A stretch of 32,000 nt of DNA from Saccharolobus solfataricus (GCF_900079115.1 NZ_LT549890.1:2340001-2372000); one strand, 5' to 3'; positions 1 through 7,677 are shown, counted from the first letter of the stretch. Notes: generated by a model from the letters alone, not told the origin. Numbers and translations are program-made.

Positions 1-814
1 AGAATCCCCCCAGTCCAGTAACAACTATAGTCCCTCCACTTTTGACAATTTCTAAAGGCAGTTTGAGATCTGGGTATGGTTTTGTCTCATATACTATATC
101 AGCTCCATCTTCCAAAACTTCTAGAACTTTAGACCTAGCATCGTTTTCAGTAGCGTTAATAGTGTAAGTTGCACCTAATTCCTTGGCTTTCTTTAGTTTG
201 TTCTCATCTATATCTACTGCAATAATTGGATTTAACCCCATGGCATTAGCCAACTGTATTGCAGCAGAACCTACACCACCGGAACCCACTATAACAACAC
301 TCTTCCCAGAAGTAGTATTAGCACTTTTTAATGCGTTATAAGCAGTACCGTATGCACACGCAATCGGTGAAGAGTAGTACGGATCGAGGTTTTTGGCCAA
401 GGGAATTACTGCTATCTCTGGGACAATTATATATTCAGCGTGGCCTCCATTAATCCCAATTAGACCTACTAATCTTTTCGCATTCTCTTTACAATAATTC
501 TCTTTACCACTTGCACAATAACTACATATACCACATGGCACAATCCAAGATACTAGAACCGGATCTCCCTCCTTTAATCCATATGGATTCCTAACATTCT
601 TACCTATCTTCTCGACCCATCCAGCAATCTCATGGCCAATTATAAATCCGTTAGGAAGTGGCCCAACTAATTCACCACTTAACAGATGTAGATCACTATG
701 ACATATTCCGGTTGAAGCTACTTTCACTAAGATTTCCCCTTCTTTTGGAGTAGGATTAGGAACTTCTTCTATTTCTAATTGCAATCCATGTCCCTTATAT
801 ATGGCTGCCTTCAT
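1..814 (-). CDS. Zn-dependent alcohol dehydrogenase (medium-chain dehydrogenase/reductase), C-terminally truncated by the window edge
   Basis: Not in the ORF track because it runs off the window. The reverse strand from the ATG (complement of 812-814) reads MKAAIYKGHGLQLEIEEVPNPTPKEGEILVKVASTGICHSDLHLLSGEL...GHEIAGWVEKIG...CGICSYCASGKENYC...GSGGVG. This gives the catalytic-Zn Cys/His, the GHE motif, the structural-Zn Cys cluster and a GxGxxG NAD fold. Confidence 0.85.
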   Translation of the reverse strand, partial: MKAAIYKGHGLQLEIEEVPNPTPKEGEILVKVASTGICHSDLHLLSGELVGPLPNGFIIGHEIAGWVEKIGKNVRNPYGLKEGDPVLVSWIVPCGICSYCASGKENYCKENAKRLVGLIGINGGHAEYIIVPEIAVIPLAKNLDPYYSSPIACAYGTAYNALKSANTTSGKSVVIVGSGGVGSAAIQLANAMGLNPIIAVDIDENKLKKAKELGATYTINATENDARSKVLEVLEDGADIVYETKPYPDLKLPLEIVKSGGTIVVTGLGGF

Positions 815-994
815 AGTTTCCTTCTATTCTTTAATACAATTAATTTCTTACTTTATAATACTCGACTTTTTATTTAATACCTCTCTAATCAAATATAAAC
901 TTCTCTACTAATATGAGGAACAATTTTAATGTAAAAATACACATTGTATAAAGTGTATATAACATAAAATACAAGCATAACAGTCAACTTTTAA

Positions 995-1020
995 TGGTAG
1001 TGGCAGTGGTGTTTCACCAA
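995..1020. repeat. Left target-site duplication (995-1003, TGGTAGTGG) plus left terminal inverted repeat (1004-1020)
   Basis: Read directly from the sequence; pairs with 2426-2451. Confidence 0.9.
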
Positions 1021-2442
1021 TTTTACTCAAAATGATACAATTTCTATGGAAGAGAAAAATATCAGAGCGGAGTTAGAAAAATCGGCTTATTTCAACACAA
1101 GAAGCAAAAAATTTTCATATTTGTTGAAGAAACTAACAGAAAACGAGTTTATATATAAAGAGTAATACCATTTGTCTAGTATTATCAATAGAGGAAAGTA
1201 GGTGGAAGGACGAGATGAACAAGAAAAGGTTAAAGCGAGGGACTCCATAACTCCGTTATGCAAACCATGATATTACCCAAAACGGAGCTGAAGTCCCTCG
1301 CTATAACTTTAGCAACAAACAATATTAACGTTATCTCTCAAGATCTAGACCCGGAAATAGTGAAAGCAGCACCATCCTTGCTAACCGGAAACAGAGGAAA
1401 ATACTACTTGAAGGTAGTAAGACGAGGCGAGAAAGTAATTAGTAAAGGTCAGAGAACCTTCAAGTTCTACCCAATCTACAGAGAAGTAAAGGGAGAGATC
1501 AACGTAGTCGCTGTAGATGAGACCGGATTAACCGTGGGAGAAAAGGAACAAGAAAAAGCAGAGGGCTTTCTACTCTACAACTGGAAGAGAAAAGGAGTAA
1601 AGATGAGATCCTTGGACCTCGTATATCCCTTAAGGTTACCCCTCCTAGTGGAGGTAGCAGATTTGAGAAGCGACAGTCCATCACAGTTCCTACTCAGGAG
1701 CGTGAGGGAAGTAAGCCAATACATGGAAATAGATTACGTTGTAGCTGACGCCGGATTCTTGAACCTAGGGGTCATCAAGGAAATGCCCGTGAAGACCATT
1801 GTGAGAGGAAAGTCGAACTTGAAGGGATTCAAGGAACTATCTAACGTTCCATTAGTTGAGAAGAGATATGAGGTTAAGGACAAGGTTTACGTTGCGTATA
1901 GGGTCTTGGAATTTGAAGGGCTTTATTATTACGATGTGGTTTACGTTAAGGGGAAGCCGAGGCACTTCATGTTCGTAACGAACTTCGAGGGAGATCCCTA
2001 TGAACTGGCTGAACTCTATAGGTTGAGGTGGCAAGTTGAGGAGGGTTTTAAGGTTAGGAAGGCAAGGATAAGGTATGTTAGGAAGTTGAGTAATAAGATC
2101 TTCTTGTTCCTCTATTACACGGTTCTGGATTCTGCGTGGAATCTAGTGAATCATCTTCTCTTTAACTTCAAGTCCACGTGTAAGAAGGTTTTGTCCTTCG
2201 ATTCATTCGTCAAGCTTCTCTAACTTTCTCGGTGTTCAGAGGAGACTATGCACGTCGTTTTCACCACGTGAGAAAAATTCAGAATTCTCCTCTTATTATT
2301 AGAATTGTACGCTATATTTTTTGCAAATTATTTTAACATGTTATGTTTCATAATAATTTTATTGTTTTTCTCTATATCAATCTCTTTTTGAAAGGACTAA
2401 TATTATATCTTTCAAATGAAATAATTTGGTGAAACACCACTG
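1004..2442 (+). mobile_element. Complete insertion sequence of exactly 1439 bp (ISC1439-type, IS4-like DDE transposase) with 17-bp perfect terminal inverted repeats and a 9-bp target-site duplication
   Basis: IR-L is CAGTGGTGTTTCACCAA at 1004-1020. IR-R is TTGGTGAAACACCACTG at 2426-2442, its exact reverse complement. The direct repeat TGGTAGTGG flanks the element at 995-1003 and 2443-2451. The length of 1439 bp matches the name of the known S. solfataricus element ISC1439. Confidence 0.9.
1258..2223 (+). CDS. IS transposase, DDE type (IS4-like)
   Basis: 321-aa ORF inside the IR-bounded element. VVADAGF is a DDE Asp context. YRLRWQVEEGFKVRK fits the IS4-family Y-x2-R-x3-E-x6-K signature. Confidence 0.9.
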   Translation: MQTMILPKTELKSLAITLATNNINVISQDLDPEIVKAAPSLLTGNRGKYYLKVVRRGEKVISKGQRTFKFYPIYREVKGEINVVAVDETGLTVGEKEQEKAEGFLLYNWKRKGVKMRSLDLVYPLRLPLLVEVADLRSDSPSQFLLRSVREVSQYMEIDYVVADAGFLNLGVIKEMPVKTIVRGKSNLKGFKELSNVPLVEKRYEVKDKVYVAYRVLEFEGLYYYDVVYVKGKPRHFMFVTNFEGDPYELAELYRLRWQVEEGFKVRKARIRYVRKLSNKIFLFLYYTVLDSAWNLVNHLLFNFKSTCKKVLSFDSFVKLL

Positions 2443-2451
2443 TGGTAGTGG
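2426..2451. repeat. Right terminal inverted repeat (2426-2442) plus right target-site duplication (2443-2451, TGGTAGTGG)
   Basis: Read directly from the sequence; exact reverse complement of the left IR and an exact direct copy of the 9-bp flank. Confidence 0.9.
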
Positions 2452-2544
2452 CCTCTACTATTTTCAAACAATTTAGCTAAATTGATAATAGAGTCAGAAT
2501 TCAATTTTCCTTATTGAGAGAAGTAGCTTTTTAATAAAGTTTAT

Positions 2545-2949
2545 TCAGATCTTTCTCTTAATTCTTTCCACTCTAACTTCCTCATCTAGCCTTTTCATAT
2601 TTTTCTCGATCCTTCTCCTCAACGAGAACCTAATGATGGAGCCAAATCTCCCTTCATAGTCCAAAACTAACTTAAGCTCACCCTCTTTGAATAATCCAAA
2701 TTCTAAAATTCCGCCTTCTCCTTTTTCTGTCCCTACACTGTAAAACTTATAGGATATCTTGTTGCTCCCTACATAAACTGTACCGTGTAGAATCACTGAT
2801 GTAACTCCCATCGATATTAAGGCATCGAATTCGTTACCCTTTACTGTAACTGTTTCTGCTCCTAGTATCTTGTGTAACGTAAAAACTGGGTCAGACAGAA
2901 TTTTCACTAAAGCTTGTATATCGTGCTGTGTAGGGAAAGTGAGTTCCAC
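2545..2949 (-). CDS. Hypothetical protein (134 aa), beta-rich core with a charged C-terminal helix; possibly a START/SRPBCC-like ligand-binding fold
   Basis: Clean ORF in a coding-dense context. I recognised no catalytic motif, and the fold suggestion rests only on the residue pattern. Confidence 0.55.
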   Translation of the reverse strand: MELTFPTQHDIQALVKILSDPVFTLHKILGAETVTVKGNEFDALISMGVTSVILHGTVYVGSNKISYKFYSVGTEKGEGGILEFGLFKEGELKLVLDYEGRFGSIIRFSLRRRIEKNMKRLDEEVRVERIKRKI

Positions 2950-3008
2950 AGAATAATTTTCCTATTTATTCTTTTTATGTTTTTCTATTATCAAATCAAA
3001 AAGAAAGA

Positions 3009-4400
3009 TCAGCTTAAGATCCTTTTAACTAAGCTCTCCGCTTCCTTGTAATTATAGCTTCTGAATAGTTCTATTTTGCTAGCTTCCATTGAACCTTCTG
3101 CGTGAATCATACCAGTTAACAAGTATCCAGTAAACGTGCTTGCTCCCAATTCCTTAGCTAGTTTTAATACCTTGGCTCTCTCCTCTCCATCAACTGAGCC
3201 CCTCAAGTATTTAACTATATTCTTACCCTCATTACTTTCCAAATCTTCTTGAGATGGCATAGTAGCTATTATGCCTCCAGCAATATCAATTAGATCTCTA
3301 ACAACATCATGGAAATGCATATTGGAATATAATTTGCCGACATTAGTGAAAAGTGGGTTGGGCACAGCTATACCCTCCATGTTTACTGGATATACAGCTG
3401 CGGCTATTGCGCTACTTCTCATAATTTCCTTGTAAAGTATTATGTCAACAATGTCGTCTCTTACATGCTTCTCGTTTTCAATACCATTTACTTGAGATGC
3501 TACTTTAGATGCTCCCAAATACAGATTCATAGTTGCTGATCTATATGATAATGCAGTAAACCTATGGAAAGTCGCAAATAACATTGCCAAAGTTCCCGCG
3601 TAATCGTATTCTCTAAATAAAAACACCCTATCCCAAGGAACGAAAACGTCATCGAATACAGTTAATGTTTCCAACTCATAATCTTTTCTGCTAAGAACTG
3701 AGGAGGAATTACCTTCAATTTCATCAATTGGTCTAATATACATCTTCAAACCTTTAGTATTAGCCGGAATCGCGAAAGCTACCGCGTAATCTTTATCGCT
3801 GTCTCTCATTGCTCTAGTTGGTATAACAATAATCTCATCAGATACTGCAGATTGGGTAGTATGAGCCTTCGCTCCTCTGACTACTATTCCATCGCTTTTC
3901 ACATCAACTATTCTAACATACATATCAGGGTCAACTTGTTCAGAGGGCCTTTTACTCCTATCTCCCTTAACGTCAGTCTGGGCAGTAGCTAGCGTTAAAT
4001 CTTCTTTAGCAACCCTTTCAAAATATTTTTCAACACGTTTGGAGTAATCAGTTCCGTATTTTCTGTCAACTTGTTTTGCCGTGATCATAAGGGCAAAGAT
4101 CGCATCGCTCCCTATAGCTTGCGAAATGTTAAATATACCGTTGCAGTACATCGTTAAATCGTAAATTAGTTTATGTCTATCCAATAAATCCTGAGATGTT
4201 AACGGTATTTTAAAGAACTTGCTGATCTTTCCCATCTTATTATCCTCATAAACTCTATCAGCGTAGTCATATAACTTAGCTGCATGTAATGCAGCTGTCT
4301 TTAAAATATGATGTGCTGTTATGTCTTCCACTAATTTCCCCCTATAATACAAACTTCTTCCATCCTTCAAGGAATTTAGGAAATCATCTCTCGATCTCAT
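3009..4400 (-). CDS. 4-hydroxybutyryl-CoA dehydratase / 4-hydroxyphenylacetate 3-hydroxylase (AbfD/HpaB) family protein, function uncertain
   Basis: 463 aa. The family-typical block is TAQTDVKGDRSKRPSEQVDPDMYVRIVD...GIVVRGAKAHTT. The whole protein has a single Cys (MYCNG), so the Cys ligands of the AbfD [4Fe-4S] cluster are missing. Confidence 0.8.
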   Translation of the reverse strand: MRSRDDFLNSLKDGRSLYYRGKLVEDITAHHILKTAALHAAKLYDYADRVYEDNKMGKISKFFKIPLTSQDLLDRHKLIYDLTMYCNGIFNISQAIGSDAIFALMITAKQVDRKYGTDYSKRVEKYFERVAKEDLTLATAQTDVKGDRSKRPSEQVDPDMYVRIVDVKSDGIVVRGAKAHTTQSAVSDEIIVIPTRAMRDSDKDYAVAFAIPANTKGLKMYIRPIDEIEGNSSSVLSRKDYELETLTVFDDVFVPWDRVFLFREYDYAGTLAMLFATFHRFTALSYRSATMNLYLGASKVASQVNGIENEKHVRDDIVDIILYKEIMRSSAIAAAVYPVNMEGIAVPNPLFTNVGKLYSNMHFHDVVRDLIDIAGGIIATMPSQEDLESNEGKNIVKYLRGSVDGEERAKVLKLAKELGASTFTGYLLTGMIHAEGSMEASKIELFRSYNYKEAESLVKRILS

Positions 4401-4511
4401 AAATAATATTACTCATGTTTAGTCTATTAACTTTTTCTTTGCCTAAAAGAAATCGTATTTTTTTTAAAAAAGTTTTCCTTCAGAAGTTATCCTTATTTCC
4501 TTAAGATATGC

Positions 4512-5933
4512 TTACTTCTCACTTTTTATAATTCCTCCTTGAGGTTGCTGTGGAGTTAGGTGGATTTCGTTTATCTCCTCTAACCTTACTCCCACAGTTC
4601 TAGGAACAGTAAACCATAAGATCACTGCAGCTATAACCACAGGGAATGCCTCAATAGCCCATGCGTTTATTGGTCCAGTAGCTACTACTAACGGGAAGAG
4701 TAATAATGGGCCTATAGCTCCTCCAATATGCCCTATTCCATCGGTAATAGCAAATCCGGTAGATCTGGCTGCAGTTGGGAACGACTCACTACTCATTAAA
4801 TATCCAGCTAAGTATGACATCCCACCTCCAATAGCATTTGTAATAAGCCCTAAAGTTAATGTCATACCTAGCAAGTTAAAGTGTATAGCAAAATACGATG
4901 CAACTATCATACCTACTAACCAACCTATAGAGCCTATTTGTGTAATCATTCTTCTATCCGTTCTCTCTATAAAGGTTAATAGCAGAAATGCCATAAGAGT
5001 ATCTCCCAATGCTGCAAATCCTGTAAAGAGAACATACTGATTAAACATTGCCCCAGAGTAACCTATGAACTTTCCGTAGTAATCCCATAACGTCGAAAAT
5101 GTATACTGCACAAAGTATATGAAAAACCAGAACAATATGAGCCCTATTAAACGTTTTGCAAATACTCTTTTGGCTAATATTGAAAATGGGTTTGTAGTTT
5201 GATACGAATAATTAATTATTTTAGGTTCTGGTAACGACTGAACTCTAGCTCTCTTCATGGCAGTCTCTTCCATTATTCTAACGATACTCTCAGCTTCGTT
5301 TATCCTGCCCTTTTTAACTAAGAATCTTACAGTCTCTGGAGCCCTAATTCTAAATACTAATGCAGCAACAGCCATTATGGCTGCTATTCCAAAGGCTAAT
5401 CTCCATCCTACAGAGGGTAAACCAGTAACAAGTAATGCGGCAATTGTTGCACCGACACCAACTGCTATCCATCCAGCTAAGTAAATCCAGTTCGCATATT
5501 TACCTCTCTTAGCACTTGGGGCAAATTCAGATACATAAACCATAGCTAAATTTAAGTCTCCGCCTATTCCAGCTCCTTCAATGAATCTGAATATTGCGAG
5601 CATGGGGAAGTTGATTGATAATGCCATTCCTAAACTGCCTATTGCAGTTAGTAAGACGGTGATTATTAGCACAGTCCTTCTGCCTATTCTATCAGCTAAA
5701 TAACCTAATCCTAGTGAACCTGGAATATACCCAAAGAGACCTAGGGATGCTATTAGCGAAGCTTGAGATGCGTTGATAAAAGGTATATATGGTAGTGCTG
5801 CCCCTATATTTCCCACAGCGTCATAGAGTGTTATGAAGTAGCTAAATCCTATAGCCCATAGTAGCGCATATGATAATCCCCATGTTGGTAGTCTATCTAT
5901 TCTAGCCAGATACTCATCTAACTTACTACTCAT
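4512..5933 (-). CDS. MFS transporter (aromatic-acid/carboxylate:H+ symporter-like), paralog of 15636-17036
   Basis: It has multiple TM segments, DRIGRR between TM2 and TM3, and a long central loop (PETVRFLVKKGRINEAE). The ORF track starts at 5981. I place the start at the internal Met (MSSKLDEY, ATG complement of 5931-5933), because the upstream 16 codons are a conserved promoter block (see 5948-5985). Confidence 0.85.
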   Translation of the reverse strand: MSSKLDEYLARIDRLPTWGLSYALLWAIGFSYFITLYDAVGNIGAALPYIPFINASQASLIASLGLFGYIPGSLGLGYLADRIGRRTVLIITVLLTAIGSLGMALSINFPMLAIFRFIEGAGIGGDLNLAMVYVSEFAPSAKRGKYANWIYLAGWIAVGVGATIAALLVTGLPSVGWRLAFGIAAIMAVAALVFRIRAPETVRFLVKKGRINEAESIVRIMEETAMKRARVQSLPEPKIINYSYQTTNPFSILAKRVFAKRLIGLILFWFFIYFVQYTFSTLWDYYGKFIGYSGAMFNQYVLFTGFAALGDTLMAFLLLTFIERTDRRMITQIGSIGWLVGMIVASYFAIHFNLLGMTLTLGLITNAIGGGMSYLAGYLMSSESFPTAARSTGFAITDGIGHIGGAIGPLLLFPLVVATGPINAWAIEAFPVVIAAVILWFTVPRTVGVRLEEINEIHLTPQQPQGGIIKSEK

Positions 5934-5947
5934 GAAGTTTCTTAGGT

Positions 5948-5985
5948 CAGTTAATTCATAAAAATATCTTATGAAAGTCAATTTT
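5948..5985 (-). promoter_or_regulatory. Conserved promoter/operator block: 38 nt identical to 15584-15621, containing the palindrome TTCATAA-N7-TTATGAA (5955-5975) wrapped around a TATA-like AT run
   Basis: The reverse complement of 5948-5985 equals 15584-15621 exactly (AAAATTGACTTTCATAAGATATTTTTATGAATTAACTG). The AT-rich centre lies about 30 nt upstream of the MSSKLDEY ATG in both copies, which is the geometry of a leaderless Sulfolobus promoter. Confidence 0.5.
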
Positions 5986-6224
5986 TTAGATTTAAATTTC
6001 GGCTATATAATAAGAGATTTTTCGAATCTATCTTATATCATGCTACATTATTTATATATCCATAAAATCGATCTATCTTATATTCATAAAAAAGAGGTAG
6101 ACGCTACATTGACTGAGATTTGCTGGTTTTTATGAACAATGGCTCTTTATACATTTAAAAAGTATTATTGTAATGTCAATTTCCTTTAGAGTAAGGTTTA
6201 TATAAGATGAAAATAAATTATAAA

Positions 6225-6240
6225 TTGACTCAGTAATCAA
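6225..6240 (+). promoter_or_regulatory. Candidate autoregulatory operator of the TetR gene: near-palindrome TTGACT-CAGT-AATCAA
   Basis: Half-sites are TTGACT and TTGATT (reverse complement of AATCAA) with a 4-nt spacer. The site starts about 24 nt downstream of the TATA-like TTTATATAA (6197-6205), at the expected transcription start. The related AGTGAGTCAA occurs at 17120-17129 upstream of the esterase gene. Confidence 0.3.
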
Positions 6241-6245
6241 AAAAG

Positions 6246-6842
6246 GTGGTCCAAATGTATAGGTACCCAAAAACTGAAAAGGGGAAGGAGTCATTAAATA
6301 AAATCATAAATGCATCGCTAGACTTAATTTCAGAAAAGGGCTTTTTGAATACTAGTATAAGTGATATAACCAATAAGGCTGGTGTTGCTTACGGTTTGTT
6401 CTATTTCTATTTCAAGAGTAAACATGACATATTAGATGAGTTAATTAGAAAATTTAACACCGATATGAGGTATTATTTAAAGGTAAATACGATGGGGATT
6501 CGAAATAGAATAGAAATGGAAAAGGAAGGTTTAGCCAAATTTTTGGAATGGATGAGCCAGAATAAGAAATACTATAAGGTATTCGTAGAAGCTCAAGTGC
6601 ATAGGCCAGAAATGTATATATGGCATTTCACTAAATTGGCAGAGAGATATAAGATTGGACTAAAAGAGGCTATGGATAGGGGAGAAATAGTAAAAGTAGA
6701 TCCAGAATTACTAGCTTACGTATTAATAGGAATTGGTGAAATGATAGGTAGAAGATATATCCTATGGACGAATCAAGGGTTAACCAAAAAACAATATAAT
6801 GACTTGGCCATTCTTATAGAAAATATGCTGAGACCTAAGTAG
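6246..6842 (+). CDS. TetR/AcrR-family transcriptional regulator (FadR-like candidate regulator of the lipid cluster)
   Basis: N-terminal HTH: TSISDITNKAGVAYGLFYFYFKSKHDILDEL. The track start is GTG 6246. ATG 6255 preceded by GGTG (6246-6249) is an equally plausible start. Confidence 0.9.
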   Translation: MVQMYRYPKTEKGKESLNKIINASLDLISEKGFLNTSISDITNKAGVAYGLFYFYFKSKHDILDELIRKFNTDMRYYLKVNTMGIRNRIEMEKEGLAKFLEWMSQNKKYYKVFVEAQVHRPEMYIWHFTKLAERYKIGLKEAMDRGEIVKVDPELLAYVLIGIGEMIGRRYILWTNQGLTKKQYNDLAILIENMLRPK

Positions 6843-6843
6843 T

Positions 6844-7287
6844 CTAAACAAGGAATTTCGTATTTATTTTATTTGAGACGTTAGCCATAACCACTGAAGC
6901 AGTAGTATATCTTGCCAGATCGAAGAGACTACCTTTCTTAAGCTTTATTGTACCAGATAATAAGGCTGAGACTACTTGCAGTTTACCGCTTATTATATCT
7001 TTCCAAGAATTATAACTTGCCTCAAGTACATATGGTGCATCGGCCTTGGTAACATCTGTGAAAAATTCAATACCTTGACATTTTCCATTATTTAGATATA
7101 GCTTCATTGCTAAGGTGTTAGTACCTTTTACTCCTAAATGCTCTAACACTTGGGTAGGAATGTCGGTTACCACGAATAAAATTGGCGATACCCATCCTTT
7201 CCCTGCATCATTATATTCCTTGCTTTCATTTAGTAATTTACACCATTCTTCTGCCCATTCCCTGCTAGGATATAAAAATTCAGCCAT
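6844..7287 (-). CDS. SCP2 (sterol carrier protein 2 / lipid-transfer) domain protein
   Basis: 147 aa. The C-terminal ISGKLQVVSALLSGTIKLKKGSLFDLARY matches the SCP2 helix/strand signature. It is convergent with the TetR gene with a 1-nt gap. Confidence 0.75.
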   Translation of the reverse strand: MAEFLYPSREWAEEWCKLLNESKEYNDAGKGWVSPILFVVTDIPTQVLEHLGVKGTNTLAMKLYLNNGKCQGIEFFTDVTKADAPYVLEASYNSWKDIISGKLQVVSALLSGTIKLKKGSLFDLARYTTASVVMANVSNKINTKFLV

Positions 7288-7677
7288 AATAAGAGTTAAT
7301 CTGAACTTCTTAATAAGTATTATTAGAAGGAGAAATTTGATGCTTAGTCGGTTTATTGAATATTTTGAAATTAAACCATTATTGTTTTATTTCTGTTATT
7401 ATTAAGGTGTAGAATCTAGGTTTGTAATGGGGAGACTCAGGTTTCCTTTGTGAATTGCAATTTGTAAATAATGCGGTCGTAAAAATGTTAGTATTGGTAA
7501 TCGTGTTTCTCTGCTAACTAGTCGCTTTCATTTAGTTAATTTCATAGTAATCTTTAAAATAAAGTGAATTTGCAATGGATATCCGAATCGCCCTCTTAAT
7601 TCTTTGTAAAATTCAACTACCTTACAAAACAGAAATTTGAACAAGGTTTTTTAATAGGTAGTAAATTATGATTAACG

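Noticed and set aside
937-958. Hairpin ATACAC-N10-GTGTAT upstream of the ADH gene
   Set aside because: It is a 6-bp stem in AT-rich DNA, which is within chance expectation. There is no second copy in the window.
1215-1250. Short ORF MNKKRLKRGTP inside the IS just upstream of, and out of frame with, the transposase ORF, which could indicate a frameshifted longer transposase
   Set aside because: I see no slippery motif or homology argument, and the 321-aa ORF already carries the catalytic signature. I cannot judge this without other copies of the element.
3009-4400. Calling this ORF a functional 4-hydroxybutyryl-CoA dehydratase (HP/HB-cycle enzyme)
   Set aside because: It has only one Cys, so the [4Fe-4S] ligand set of characterised enzymes is absent. 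I kept it as a family-level call only.
5934-5981. N-terminal extensions of the two MFS ORFs (MTFIRYFYELTDLRNF here; MYKARKLTFIRYFYELTGVSTS at 15570-15635)
   Set aside because: The apparent amino-acid conservation comes from an identical 38-nt promoter/palindrome block. The spacing to the internal ATG fits a leaderless promoter, so the extensions are probably not translated.
7115-7405. 96-aa plus-strand ORF overlapping the SCP2 gene start
   Set aside because: It is mostly antisense to the SCP2 gene and continues into AT-rich intergenic DNA. It has no motif.
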